Part shown: in pieces, positions 23,735 through 35,651 of the stretch
How the letters are laid out: the number at the start of each line of letters is the position of its first letter
How positions within the stretch are numbered: the stretch's first letter is position 1
Assembly (NCBI RefSeq): GCF_003711565.1
Contig: NC_079534.1
Coordinates: forward strand, 9,653,991 to 9,717,990
Source of the DNA: Takifugu flavidus
Taxonomy: Eukaryota
Length of the DNA stretch: 64,000 bases
Direction of reading: 5' to 3'
Program-made: the position numbers and the translations under genes
Notes under the pieces: model-generated
Database searches by the model: none
Told to the model about the DNA's origin: nothing
Seen by the model: only the letters and a program-made list of their open reading frames with translations

Positions 23735-24002
23735 TCAGAAGCATTTCAGTGTTGCGCTGTTGGACCGTTACCTTATTGCTCTGGAAACAGCAGTTCAGAT
23801 CTCCTGTCATTACAACGTGCCCCCCCTCCCTGGAAGGACCATTATTCTGCTCTCTGACTGCATAAACAACAACAACAGCCGCCTGAAACAGGACTTCTGC
23901 CTTCCACCAGACCCAGAGCAGAAAGATGACAAAGAGGAGGAGGGACAGCATTCGAGAAGAAGAGAGAGAATCAGACAGGAAGATGACAAGTTGAATCCTT
24001 CT
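23735..24002 (+). CDS. tep1: tep1 exon 12; vWA-like part of TROVE module (VQKHFSVALLDRYLIALETAVQISCHYNVPPLPGRTIILLSDC...)
   Basis: Like human NRYRQALETAVNLSVKHSLPLLPGRTVLVYLTD; donor TCT|GTAAGA. Confidence 0.8.
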
Positions 24003-24078
24003 GTAAGATGCCAGTCTTTGCTTTGTGTGTTGTTGATTAGTTTCACTTGTGTTCCTCATCTCTACCTTCCTGTCTCAG

Positions 24079-24231
24079 GTCTTGGAAGTGGCAGTACTGC
24101 TCTCCCTCATGATTGGGAGCAGTGCTGAAGACTTTAAGCTCTACCTAAGTTTTTGGAGAGGCTTAAAGGAAATCAAGATCGAATCTGATGTTCTGTTGGA
24201 TAATGTCAAAGGTGTAATAAAACAACTTAAG
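24079..24231 (+). CDS. tep1: tep1 exon 13 (VLEVAVLLSLMIGSSAEDFKLYLSFWRGLKEIKIESDVLLDNVKGVIKQLK)
   Basis: Acceptor tgtctcag|gtc; donor AAG|GTCAGT; like human ALLLIGMMITRAEQ. Confidence 0.85.
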
Positions 24232-24373
24232 GTCAGTATTTCTGCTTCTTTTTTTTATTTTTCAAAGATTTTTTTTCTATAGCATTTACACAATGTGATT
24301 TAATAGAAGTAAAGTAAACAAGAAAGCAATAGTACTTTGTTTTTTTTAAATATTGTATGCCTGTCTTTTGTAG

Positions 24374-24433
24374 AATTCTGCCGAGTCTAATGAAGAGGGT
24401 GATTCTCTCTTTACTTTGCTAAAAGGCCAAAAG
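24374..24433 (+). CDS. tep1: tep1 exon 14 (NSAESNEEGDSLFTLLKGQK)
   Basis: Acceptor ttttgtag|aat; donor AAG|GTTTGT. Confidence 0.75.
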
Positions 24434-24879
24434 GTTTGTATTAAACATTGTGTTTTCTTGTTATAATCAGAGTTAAATTGCTTGAACAGAAGTACAAATT
24501 ACACTTAACATCATGGTGGATTTACCTGTAGCCTAATTACCGGTACTTTCATTGATTGACTTATTTTAGAAAAGCTGTATGCTTTGGTGTTTATTAAAGT
24601 TGGTGAGTTAAAAAGGTTTTTATGGAGGAGATGCTCCCATTAAAGACAAGGAAAAGGGTACGCAAAGACAAAAAAATCCTTGTATACTAAAATGGGACAA
24701 ATAAGTACCGGTGTATGTATAGTAACCGCAGGAACAGTTGCCCCATTTCAAGTAAGCTTTTCTTCTTCAAAATCTGCAGATAAGGCTTATTACATGTTAC
24801 CACTCTATTATTTCTTTGTGGTGCCTTCTTTATCTGTCTATGGGACATATCTGACCTCATAATACTCTTTTACTGTCAG

Positions 24880-25004
24880 GTGGACAACATCATTATTTTG
24901 ACAGAATTCTGGCTCAGTGATTATATTGATTGGAGTATCAGCAACTACAGGAAGGATGTAAATGATAAGGCCCTTGTGGTAAAAATATTCATGTCATCAG
25001 AAAG
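24880..25004 (+). CDS. tep1: tep1 exon 15 (VDNIIILTEFWLSDYIDWSISNYRKDVNDKALVVKIFMSSE.)
   Basis: Acceptor ctgtcag|gtg; donor AAAG|GTAATG. Confidence 0.8.
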
Positions 25005-25169
25005 GTAATGTTTGAGTCTGCTACTATGTCTGCTTTCATACAGTTATTTTGTCATCATTGGTTAAACTGCACCTTCAAATGAGCTACGGATTTTTAATTC
25101 AAACTCTCATCATGAGCAAGTACGGTAGTCAAGTCTGACCAGTCGCTTTTCCTTCTATTTTTTTTTTAG

Positions 25170-25232
25170 TGCAGAGTACAATTCTGACAAGAACTGTGTG
25201 AACTTGACAGGGTTCAGTGACCAAATCCTCAG
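25170..25232 (+). CDS. tep1: tep1 exon 16 (SAEYNSDKNCVNLTGFSDQIL.)
   Basis: Like human SGCTDAILKF; donor TCAG|GTAAAA. Confidence 0.75.
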
Positions 25233-25519
25233 GTAAAATTTCTGCTTTGATTTTTTTTTTTAAAGACAAGTTTACATTATATACAAGAAGTATTCACCTA
25301 GCAATCAAAAAATTATGAGCACAGCATGTTTAGTAAGTACTTCTGGGTTTGTAGGGATTAGGTACATTTTACCTTAAGATCAGGAGATTTATAATTTGCC
25401 CAAGTACAGAACATAATATCTCTCTTTGACTTTGTTTTATGTTAACAGTTCAAATCAATGTTTGTTCCATCTGATTTTAACCAAGAAAACATTTCATCCT
25501 GGTGTTAATATGTAACTAG

Positions 25520-25663
25520 GTTTGTGGCAGAGCGAGGATCATCCAGACTACTTGATCATGTGGAGCATATAGACAGGTTATACAATATCCCACCGCCAGG
25601 TGGAGCCAAGGTCCCTGAGACCATAAATACAGTTGTACAAATACCAGTAACGCCACAGTTAAG
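25520..25663 (+). CDS. tep1: tep1 exon 17 (RFVAERGSSRLLDHVEHIDRLYNIPPPGGAKVPETINTVVQIPVTPQL.)
   Basis: Like human IAEHGASHLLEHVGQMDKIFKIPPPPGK. Confidence 0.9.
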
Positions 25664-25740
25664 GTAAAAATATATTTATTTCATGCATCTCCCTTCCTTT
25701 TTCAAAACCTTTTACCACAATCTCAACCCTCTGATTTCAG

Positions 25741-26032
25741 GTGGCGAAGTGTACGTGTGTTTATTTCCTCCACATTCAGAGACATGCATGCTGAGCGTGA
25801 CATCTTAGTACAAAGTGTGTTCCCAGAGCTGCGTCGTCGTGCTGCAGCACATTGTCTCCACATGCAGGAGGTTGAGCTGCGCTGGGGTGTTACAGAGGAA
25901 GAGTCACTTCGAGCCACTGAGCTGTGTCTTTCGGAGGTTTCCCGTAGTCAGATGATGGTGGGAATCCTGGGAGAGAGATATGGATTGGTTCCCCCTAAAC
26001 CAGTTCTTCCTGACCTGCCACAATACAGCTGG
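25741..26032 (+). CDS. tep1: tep1 exon 18; DUF4062-like block preceding NACHT ([31 protein letters not shown]...LPDLPQYSW)
   Basis: ORF 25757-26083; strongest single match to human TEP1; donor TGG|GTAAGA. Confidence 0.95.
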
Positions 26033-27613
26033 GTAAGAGATCACATTCTTAACAACTTTTTATTTATTTTCCCGAGGCAATAAGTTTTACATCTGATGTT
26101 ATGAAGGCACGATACGTACCAATCCTAAAAACACAGTCCTAAAAAGACAGTAATACACATAGCTCATGTAAATATATGGATGCCATATATAGTACTGGTG
26201 ACTGGCATGGGTTGAGTCTGTTAAATAGTCTGATGGCTGTGGGCAGTAAAGACCTGCGGTACTGTTCATTCACAAATCACTGAAGGAGCTGTTCACTGCT
26301 GTAAGAGTGTCCTGTAAGAGGTTGGACATGATCAGCAGGGACATCCTTGTCATCATTCTCCTGTCTCCCATCATCTACTGAGTCCAGACGGCAACCAAGA
26401 ACAGAGCTATTTTGCTGCTGGCTCAGAAAACTATTCCCTGTGGCCAAAAACTGCTGAGTCATCAGAACATCTGAAGACTGCAGGTTGAAGTGGACAAAGT
26501 CAACATTGTAGTGGATGAGGTTGGTGGTGAATCACCCCTGTTATCTACAGCTTGCCCCCAACAGGGTGTTGAGAAATGACAAGATGACAAAAACATGATC
26601 CTGGTGGTACTTATGCTTGGTTGATAAGTGAACTGCTGCAGGTCTTTAAATGAACTCACCAGCAGGCGTAGACCAGGACCAGCTTCACCCATCTTGCTCC
26701 TGAAATAGCTTTTCCATGTTCTGATCCTCCTCCTTTAGTGGCCTCTGTGTGGCTTAGAGCTGGTCCTGCTTAAAAAAAAAACCCACAGTCTTCTCTGTGG
26801 TGCTGGAGGTTGCAATCATTTCGGTCCAATTGTGCTACTTGAGTGTTGCCATTCAAAAATTTGTAAAAGTCTGATCAAATATTGTGATTTTTTTTTCTTT
26901 TTCTGGCATCTTTTAAAGCTAGTCATTAATTTTTTTGTGCCAAACCTTTTTTGATTTGAATGAAAAAAATAATCCTGCTTTTACTATGTTACGTTTTCTT
27001 CTATAGTAGCATGCAAACCTTACTTTTGTTGTATGTGGCAGTTTGTTAAAGGTCCCATATTTTGCAGAGAAAGAAGTATTTCTATGATGCCCCCTGAACA
27101 TGTAATTTTAGTTTGTGCTAGAAATTAGGATCAGATTAGGTGTACAGCATGTCCATCATCTGCTGTTTCAGCTGTATTCAGGACGGGCTGTTTTAGTGTC
27201 TGTAGTTTCACAAATCAGCTGCTGCTTTCTGTGCAACTCCTCATGGCCAAATTTCCCTGTACCAATCCCAACCAATCTGAGGCCAACGAAAGAGTTCAAT
27301 GTGGCTGACAGCAGTAGCTTTTGTGATGGCTTATTTTTACCTGTAAAGGTAGGAAGCGTCATCCACTGATAATTAACTTGCATACAGTTCAAGGAAAAAT
27401 GCTTTATGCATGATATGGGAACTTTATTACCTCTGCAAAACAAACCAAAAACAAAATGTTCAAGTGCAATAACAGGAAAAGTCAAAAATCTACTGTAAAT
27501 TAATTTCAACATGTTGAGAATTTTTAATTTAATAGGCAACCTGTTTCAATGTGTAATATTGTGAGGCAATTCTTCAGGTTATTTATAAGTATAATTTTCT
27601 TGTTCATTTGCAG

Positions 27614-27735
27614 CTGGCATCTGCCCCTGCAGGCCTATCAATCACAGAAATGGAAATCCGTCATTTTGAAGCTTTTTGCCCTAAAACAGCATCACAGCGG
27701 ATGTTCTGCTACTTCAGAGATCCAAATATCATTAA
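27614..27735 (+). CDS. tep1: tep1 exon 19 (LASAPAGLSITEMEIRHFEAFCPKTASQRMFCYFRDPNII.)
   Basis: Like human GRSVTEMEVMQFLNRNQ...ALIYFRDSSF. Confidence 0.85.
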
Positions 27736-27903
27736 GTATGTTAAATATGCTCATATTTGAAAATCACAGTTTGCTTTTTCGTGAACGCTTTTATTTAAAT
27801 GACTCATTTTGAAAGATTTGCAATTATTTCTAATGCAGGACATTTTACTACTGCAAGACTGTTTGATTTTTCACTAAAGTGTTTTCTTTAACTTATTTTT
27901 TAG

Positions 27904-28017
27904 ATCAATTCCTGTAGCTTGGAGAGCTGACTTTGTTGCAGAATCAAAGGAAGCAGAGTCTAAAGTGGCATCTCTGAAGAAAATGCTACTGCTCAGTGAT
28001 ATAAAAGTCACTGAAAA
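27904..28017 (+). CDS. tep1: tep1 exon 20 (KSIPVAWRADFVAESKEAESKVASLKKMLLLSDIKVTE.)
   Basis: Like human [27 protein letters not shown]. Confidence 0.85.
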
Positions 28018-28212
28018 GTGAGTCATTGTAGTTATCTCTTTATTTCACTAAATTTTTACTTTTAACATTGTTTGCCACAAAGAGAGCACTAGTTTACTTA
28101 CGCAAGTTTATACTTGTATTATTATTACTTTCAGTGTCATCTTCGCATATAACAACAACCAAAAATATAAGAAAAGTTATAAGTGTATTTTCTTTGCTTA
28201 TTTTTGTAACAG

Positions 28213-28330
28213 TTACCCATGTGAATGGGGAGGTGTTGTAAGTGGAAAACCATATCTGAAAAACTTGGATCAGTTTGGCAAAACTGTGCTTGAAGACCTG
28301 TGGAAGGCTGTAGAGGAGCAGTTTGTGGAA
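28213..28330 (+). CDS. tep1: tep1 exon 21 ([40 protein letters not shown])
   Basis: Like human [38 protein letters not shown]. Confidence 0.9.
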
Positions 28331-28440
28331 GTTAGTTTGTTTGTACATCCAGTGAATGTTAAAATGTTAAAGTTAAAGGTTTTGGTTTAATTTATGACTT
28401 TAAACAACCCATTCTGTTTCTTTTAAGTTAGAATGATACA

Positions 28441-29451
28441 TACACTGCTCAAAAAAATTAAAGGAATACTTTTTAATCAGAGTATAGCAACCTATCAGTC
28501 AAACTTCTGGCTCCGTGAGGAGAAGGCCCGGCATTCTGTAGTGGGCCCTGTGCTCACTGCCTGGCACCATAGAGCTCGATTGGCATTTGCCATAGACCAC
28601 CAGAATTGGCAACTACGCCACTGGCGCCCTGTGCTCTTCACCGATGAGAGCAGGTTCAACCTCAGCACATGCAACAGACGTGAAAGGGTTTGGAGATGCC
28701 GTGGAGAACGTTATGCTGCCTGCAACATCATTCAGCATGACCGGTTTGGTGGTGGGTCAGTGATGGTCTGGGTAGGCATATCCCTGGAAGGACGCACAGA
28801 CCTCTACAGGTTAGATAATGGCACCCTGACTGCTATTAGGTATCGGGATGAAATCCTTGGACCCACTGACAGAACCTACTCTGGTGCAGTGGGACCTGGG
28901 TTCCTCCTGGTCCACGACAATGCCCGACCTCATGTGGCTAGAGTATGCAGGCAGTTCCAGGAGGATGAGGGAATTGATACCATTGACTGGCACCCACGTT
29001 CACCTGACCTAAACCCAATAGAACAACTCTGGGACATTATGTTTAGGTCCATCCGCTCAGGAGCTCAGTGATGCCCTGGTCCAGATCTGGGAGGAGATCC
29101 TCCAGGACACCATTCGTCGTCTCATTAGGAGCATGCCCTGACGTTGTCAGGCATGCGTACAAGCACGTGGGGGCCACACAAACTACTGAGAATCATTTTG
29201 AGTTGCTACAATGACATTTTGGCAAAATGGACCAGTCTGCTGCATAATTTTTTCACTTTCATTTTTGGGGTGTCTTTGATTTCCCCCCTCTATAGGGTGA
29301 TCATTTTCCTTTCTATCAAATTATGTGGCATCATTTTGTTACTAATACATCACCTACTTTTTGTCAGGAAAGATATTCAAGATCATTTCCCTACCGTTTA
29401 GATCTGATGTGTGTTCGAAGTGTTCCTCTAATTTTTTTGAGCAGTGTATTT
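28441..29451 (+). mobile_element. Tc1/mariner-type transposon copy 2 (internally deleted, about 1.0 kb) in tep1 intron 21, same orientation as the gene. TIRs TACACTGCTCAAAAAAATTAAAGGAA... / ...TTCCTCTAATTTTTTTGAGCAGTGTA
   Basis: Transposase ORF 28433-29071 (212 aa) then frameshift/deletion. Both TIRs present. Confidence 0.85.
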
Positions 29452-29658
29452 TATATTGTGTGTACTTTTATATTGTGTGTATATTTTAATATTTTATAAT
29501 GTGTATTGTAAAATTATTCAGTACTGAACTGTAATTTAAAAAATAATCGTACCTCATATTATGTCGATCTATATACAAAAATTAAATTTCAAACCTACTT
29601 ACCGTATATAATAATACATGTCAGTAGATTAAGAACCTCATGATTTTTCATTTGACAG

Positions 29659-29847
29659 GTCCAGGACAAATTTGAGGCCACATCTGATGATGCTGAGCAG
29701 GAGATGCACCAGGGAGCGCTGCAGAGACAGTTCTTTGGTAGAGCAAAGCTGCTAATTAAGGCTGTTGAGATGGTGGAAAAGGTCTGGAACAAAGGAGGGA
29801 TGATGTTCGTGGAGGGAGGACCGGGAGAGGGCAAAACTGTCTTCATG
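29659..29847 (+). CDS. tep1: tep1 exon 22; NACHT P-loop (…MMFVEGGPGEGKTVFM)
   Basis: Walker A GxxGxGKT; like human LSLVTGQSGQGKTAFL. Confidence 0.9.
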
Positions 29848-30505
29848 GTAAAGTTGATTTACTAATTTTGTGTTTAGGTTTTTAAAAAATATATATTTTA
29901 TAGTTTCAACCCTGTAGTATAAATGTAAGCAAAATACAGTATGTCTCAAATACATTTTTTCTGACTCATAATTTGGTATGTCTGATGATTTAATCACGAA
30001 TATCCTGATTAGTATGTAACAAATATTGATCAATCAGTGAATAACTCCTGTTTTATAAATTCTTTTTGCAAAACATTGACCCTGAATAACTGTTGTCGGG
30101 AAGACATGATGTGATTTAGGGAAGTTTCTATATAAGTAAATATGACAAGCAGGTGTAACATTTTTTTTGGTTGGCCAAATAATAATAATAAAACTGCTGC
30201 CTGGTTGTGTGAATGAAAAGCACTGCCCAAATCAGCATTGAATGCTGAGGTTAATGTTAATGTTAAAAGTTAGGATCATATATAATGGAATCAGTCATGT
30301 TTGAAAATAAAAATAGCATAAATATCACTATCCCCCGATTGCACAGGTTGAACAGCTGAAATGACATTTGAATTTATTTTACCGCATCATCAAAGTTATC
30401 ATACTGAAAGAATAGGACTTTTAATTAGGACTAGCCATAATACCAATCTCCATGGTTTCATGGTAAACTTAAAGTAATAGGATTTATGTATCCTTCTCCA
30501 CACAG

Positions 30506-30693
30506 GCTGCTCTAGCAGCTGCCCTCAGGACTGGAGAAAAGGCAAAGGAACAGCTCATCTGTGATGTCATCTCCTACTCCACCACTGCAAGCCAAGCGGC
30601 ACGCTCTGTGGAGAACCTGCTTCGATACCTTATTCGGTGGTTCAGAAAGATGGACTGTACTGAAAAAGACTCACCTATTCCTAACTCTTACAA
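30506..30693 (+). CDS. tep1: tep1 exon 23; NACHT (AALAAALRTGEKAKEQLICDVISYSTTASQAARSVENLLRYLIRWFRKMDCTEKDSPIPNSY.)
   Basis: Acceptor cacag|gct; donor CAA|GTAACT; phase-consistent. Confidence 0.8.
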
Positions 30694-30781
30694 GTAACTG
30701 ATCTTTGAATAGTTTTTGAATGGGATTTTATTTTATATATACATTTAGCTGTTGATTGTCCGTCTCTAAATTTGTCTGCAG

Positions 30782-30920
30782 AAAGTTGCTGTTAGAATTT
30801 CAATCTACTTTGAGCAACAAAAGGAAGAGACCTGTTGCATTTCTAGTTGATGGAGTAGACCTTGTTCAAGATGGCACAGGTCAGGCAAATTCCGAATGGA
30901 TACCACAGCAGCTTCCACAG
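30782..30920 (+). CDS. tep1: tep1 exon 24; NACHT Walker B region (…RPVAFLVDGVDLVQDGTGQANSEWIPQQLPQ)
   Basis: Like human VLIIDGADRLVDQNGQLISDWIPKKLPR. Confidence 0.9.
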
Positions 30921-31109
30921 GTTAGTATATTATCAGAGACGTGCACATAAACCTACAGAAACAAGAATTCTGTCTTGACTGTTTCAGCTTGGTACATTAA
31001 AAAATTTGAGGAATTCTGTTTTTGCATGTGTTTCTAAAGATGCACAAAGGAGATCATTTTATAATATTTCTTTAAAGCGATTAGATTCTGATTATCTTTT
31101 CATTGTCAG

Positions 31110-31289
31110 GGTATTTGTTTGGTCATGAGCGTCACATCCAACGCAGTGCTGTTGCAGACACTGGCCAAGAAAAGAAATGCTGTTCAGTTTGTCCTGGGGC
31201 AGCTCACATTGTCAGACCGTAAGGAGATAGTTATGGAAGAATTGGACACCTTTGGAAAGAAACTCAGTGACTCAGCTTTCAACAACCAG
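31110..31289 (+). CDS. tep1: tep1 exon 25 (GICLVMSVTSNAVLLQTL...EELDTFGKKLSDSAFNNQ)
   Basis: Like human CVHLVLSVSSDAGL...EELALYGKRLEESPFNNQ. Confidence 0.9.
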
Positions 31290-31481
31290 GTTATTTTTTA
31301 ATGTTTGTAAAATGAAACCACATATTATTTCTTAAATTCATACCTGTGATTTCCTGGGTAGTCTGGGTGGTTGCTAAGTATCCAGTCTGCAGGTAATGGT
31401 AACTATGATAAACACCTTTTCTGAACACTTGCAATAGTCTAAGATTCAACGTCTAACACAATGATTTTTCTGCTTGTCCAG

Positions 31482-31574
31482 CTCCAGATTCTGACAATGA
31501 AAAAGGGGGCAGTGAGTCCTTTCTATCTACATCTGGCCTGTGAAACCCTGAGGAACTTTGCTTCTTTTGACAAG
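31482..31574 (+). CDS. tep1: tep1 exon 26 (LQILTMKKGAVSPFYLHLACETLRNFASFDK)
   Basis: Like human MRLLLVKRESGRPLYLRLVTDHLRLFTLYEQ. Confidence 0.85.
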
Positions 31575-31793
31575 GTTAAATATCACTTTTACAGACACGT
31601 CAGATTTCTCTGGGTATACCATATCATGCCACTGTATTAGTGAAACCTTACAGTAAAGATAAAAGACACTATTGGGGGGAAAAAATCTGATTTTAATTGA
31701 TCCTAATCAATGCGATTATGCTGTCCTGGAAATACACATTAACTTATGACATATGAACAGGCATAAACTTATCCATGATTACTTTCGTAAAAG

Positions 31794-31929
31794 TTGAAAG
31801 AGAATGTCCAGGCTTTGCCACAGTCCCTGGAGCATTTGGTGGCGTATGGCCTGGATAGACTGTGCTCACAGTACAGACACTTGATTGGACTCCGCTGGGC
31901 CTTGGCAGCACTTACTGTCAGTGCAACTG
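31794..31929 (+). CDS. tep1: tep1 exon 27 (LKENVQALPQSLEHLVAYGLDRLCSQYRHLIGLRWALAALTVSAT.). Acceptor uncertain: aaaag|ttg chosen, alternative gaaagag|aat at 31803
   Basis: Donor CTG|GTAAGA; phase-consistent. Confidence 0.65.
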
Positions 31930-32031
31930 GTAAGAATTTCTAAACGGATAGTTCAGAAATGCCAGTTTGTAAAAGTTTCAGTTTGTGGGCTTGTCTAGTG
32001 TGTTTGCACATTGTCTCTTCCTGTTTGACAG

Positions 32032-32191
32032 GCATGAGAGCGAGAGAGTTGTACTCTACACTAAATACTTGCAATGAACTGTCGTCACGGGATGGACCAA
32101 TGACATGGCAGGAATTACTGCAACTGTCCAGGAATGCCAAAGGGCACATACCCATGACAACCTTCACCTATATAGTCCTGAGTTTACAAAG
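32032..32191 (+). CDS. tep1: tep1 exon 28 (GMRARELYSTLNTCNELSSRDGPMTWQELLQLSRNAKGHIPMTTFTYIVLSLQ.)
   Basis: Acceptor tttgacag|gc; donor AAAG|GTATAA. Confidence 0.75.
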
Positions 32192-32775
32192 GTATAAATT
32201 CCATATAAGCCTGTTTGTGGATATCTGTGTATAGCAAGATTACTTTGTAATAAAAAGGAAGACTTACTCAAATGAACAGCAACAGGGTTTAGTTTGGTCT
32301 TTCCTCTCCCATAATAAATACACACTGTATCCAGTGTATCTCCCACCCATTGTATTTGGGGTTTAAAAATGATGCAGGAGCCATGAAAGTACATTTATGT
32401 TTTAGATTAGGTTTGGGGTTATTTGAGATATTGTTATGTAATTAACATACTCATATTAATGATTATATAATAATGATTATATGAGTTGGGAGATTGCACA
32501 AAAGATGATGATGGGCTGATTTTTTTTACTTATGCTCACCTGTTTAGTGAGAAAAATAATGAGAAAGGGTCAACTTTTTGTGACCCCGATCTTGGTGATT
32601 ACTTTGATGATAATTTCCTGATTGCCCCGTTGTAAAACAAGCTAAGCTATTGGTGACTTTGTCATTGATTGTTGACCTTCAAACAAACCTAAGATGTTTT
32701 CATTTTCTGCTTCAGTTAAGTATTGTTTTTGCACAGTTGTGCCTGTGTCTAATCAAAGATGTTCCTTGTTTGTAG

Positions 32776-32909
32776 TTTGATCGGCATGTCGCATTGCCAC
32801 AACACCAACGACCTGCTCATTTTAACTAATCCTGAAGTGAGAATAGCTTTTGAGAACATTCTCCTCCCATCAGAAAGTGACAGAACCAGAGCTCACCTTG
32901 TTCTGGCAG
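32776..32909 (+). CDS. tep1: tep1 exon 29 (SLIGMSHCHNTNDLLILTNPEVRIAFENILLPSESDRTRAHLVLA.)
   Basis: Acceptor tttgtag|ttt; donor GCAG|GTAATG. Confidence 0.7.
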
Positions 32910-33009
32910 GTAATGTAAATAAAGTTTAAGTTACTGCAATGTGTATAACTACAGGCAATGGTGGATTTAACCTATGTTATGTGTTATTACATACTGTATA
33001 ATTACACAG

Positions 33010-33098
33010 CTCATCTATGGGCATCAGCTGACCAGCAGGGCACAGATACCTTTCATAACTGTGAAGCCAATTACATCCAGCATTTGCCTTCCTCACTG
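33010..33098 (+). CDS. tep1: tep1 exon 30 (AHLWASADQQGTDTFHNCEANYIQHLPSSL)
   Basis: Acceptor attacacag|ct; donor CTG|GTTTGT; phase-consistent. Confidence 0.65.
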
Positions 33099-33475
33099 GT
33101 TTGTCACCTCAAATTCTCACTCATAAAATTTAATGTAATTGACTTGAGTACACATTCTTGGTTGCTTGATGTGACAATTGTCTGTAAAATTAGAAAATCT
33201 ATTCCCTATCTATATGTATTTTTAGTAAACTCACTAGTCAAGAAAAGGTGGTTCAGCTCATCAAAATGAAATATCACTTTATCCTAATAACATCTACTCT
33301 TTTTAATTGTTTCTCTTAATGGAAATATTTTAAGTACACCCCTGCATACCTCAAACTTTATTTTGCATTCCTTTGACAGAATCTGAAACTGAACATGATA
33401 TGTGAAATAAGATATTAACAAAAAAATAAACAAATAAAATGACTCTAATCACTGTAAATTTAACACATGGCTCAG

Positions 33476-33590
33476 ATTCAAAGTGGCCAACCAGAGGCAC
33501 TTCATCAACTGCTCTCCAGTTACTACTTTCTGTATGCTAATGTTCATCACGGCCTCTTACACCATCTTCTGGACACCTACATTTCATATG
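33476..33590 (+). CDS. tep1: tep1 exon 31 (IQSGQPEALHQLLSSYYFLYANVHHGLLHHLLDTYISY.)
   Basis: Like human LPYHLLQSGNRGLLSKFLTNLHVVAAHLELGLVSRLLEAHALY; donor TATG|GTGAGT. Confidence 0.75.
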
Positions 33591-34326
33591 GTGAGTATAC
33601 ATAGTGCTTATTCTAGAATTTCAGGTAAAACACTGTGAGATATTTTGGCTTATTTGAAGATTTATGGGGGTGGAAGACTTGTGAAGCTTTTGACCATTCT
33701 TTCCAGTTCATAAAAAGAGATTTTAAGCTTCAAAGACAAACTAAGAATGACATCTGGAGGTCAGTGGCAATTGTAGGAGCCATAGGCTTCCAAATGAATT
33801 CCATATCTTTGATTCCAATTCCAAAACAAAAGCCAGTCAAGCAACTGTGTTGTCATTCTCAGAATCAATGACTGAACACGAACTTTTAGATGGAAATGAC
33901 AGGTTTCTGCTGTGAGGTCTCCTCAGACCTAATTAGGTATCATCAAAGGTTCATTGTTACATTTTAAGCCTCAAACATCTTTAATCACATGATCATGGAG
34001 AATTGATAAGGGAATTGGGAGTGTTTCAGACCAGTTGGTTTCAGTGAACAAGGCTCCCAAGCTTCAGTGTCAAATATACCATTTATTTTAAGATGCTTTG
34101 TTTCCCCATTGTCTTGGCATTTTCATCACATGATCAACACCAATGCAATCTTTCTAGTGTCAAGGTACATGATTTTCCCCCCCTTTTTTTGGCAGATAAG
34201 ATGAATAATTCTGAAGCATCATGTAAGCACCTAAAAATACAGAACCCTCTCAAATTTCTGCTATTATTGTGAAAGTTTTTCATGCAAGTTTCTCTCTGAT
34301 CTTAGTTTGTTCTAGTGCTTGTCTAG

Positions 34327-34516
34327 AAGACTGTAGGAATTTCTTGCACCATCATAGCCTTCTGCTTTCCTCTTGGCCAAGTCTTTTCATTCAGCAGGCC
34401 CTCAATGAACCTCCTAATACCTCTGCTCACACCTGGGCACAAGGCCTTGTGAAAAAAGGAGGGCTTCATGTCATGAGGTGGCTAAACAACAGCCAACAGG
34501 ATTTTAAACATCCCAG
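34327..34516 (+). CDS. tep1: tep1 exon 32 (EDCRNFLHHHSLLLSSWPSLFIQQALNEPPNTSAHTWAQGLVKKGGLHVMRWLNNSQQDFKHP.)
   Basis: Like human ...LLSRRWHLQHTLRWLNKPRTMKNQQSS; donor CCAG|GTAAGC. Confidence 0.75.
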
Positions 34517-34744
34517 GTAAGCAAAAATGTGTTGTTTTTAGGGCTGTAAAAATACGTTAATCCAGATTAATTATTTACACAAATACAATCGTAAAGTAGA
34601 CAGCAAATAACTGCACTGATTATCATCAAAGACACTGGTCTTACAAATGTTTCCAACTTTGGTGCATATCCTAATTTTTGAACAGTTTTGCTTTCTGTGT
34701 GTATGTCTTTTTAACTGCTTTTTACGCTCATTTACTTAATGTAG

Positions 34745-34865
34745 TAAGCTGGTGTCAACTTTTTCCACCAAGCCAACTTGCATGGTTTTGAGCTCAGATG
34801 GACAGATGATGGTGGTTGGCACTGGACATGGAATGCTGCATTTCATCGACACACAGAGCGGACTG
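34745..34865 (+). CDS. tep1: tep1 exon 33; first WD40 blade (…MVLSSDGQMMVVGTGHGMLHFIDTQSGL)
   Basis: Like human AVAFSTNGQRAAVGTANGTVYLLDLRTWQ. Confidence 0.85.
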
Positions 34866-35651
34866 GTATAGAAAATATATATTTTTCTCATTCAATAGCC
34901 ATGACTGGCATAGAATAACATTCAGTATTTATATTCTTGGTTTCTGATTTGAAGATGAAGACACATTAGTTGGTCCCAACATACTGACTGTTGAAATGAA
35001 TAATAATCATCATTTAATAAACTTGTGGGTGTGGCCTTCAGTTAGGTCAATTTGAAATCCAGAAAGCATTTTTTTCAGTCCAACTGCACTGAATATGATG
35101 GTCCTCCAACAAGAAGAATGCCTTACCACATTAGAGAGAGGCCAGATAGATTTGACATAATTGCTGTTATTGCTGACTGTGTTAATATATTACGTCAACC
35201 CACAGAGATCTCAATATACTGTATATCCACGAGTCAAAATTCACCCCAGTTTGTTTGTGGCATGGCAGCACTTACTGCCCTGCTGAGAGGACTGGTATCA
35301 TGGAGATAGAATTTTGTTATATTATACTACTTGGGATGTGTTTATTATAGAAAGGTTTGTCAGTAGACTAACTGTAGCTAGATAATAATGTTACTCACTT
35401 CAGCTGCCTGTATGATGTCATAACTAATTAGTGTGTACTTCCCATAATCAAATGTATTCAGATTTTTATCTACAGTAAATTTGCATAACTAAATGTTAAT
35501 GTATGTCCCCATTTTCTTTTTATAATGATTTACTGGTCGCTTATTTCAATTGGTCTGCATTTTAACCCTATACCCAGTGATAATGTTTTTATCGGGATTG
35601 TTGTCTATTCATATTTAATAAATATCCTACTTTCAAATATCTACAAAACAG

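Noticed and set aside
26277-26692. Minus-strand ORFs in tep1 intron 18 (26277-26462, 26462-26692)
   Set aside because: Short, no recognisable domain, no splice context. Probably degraded repeat sequence.
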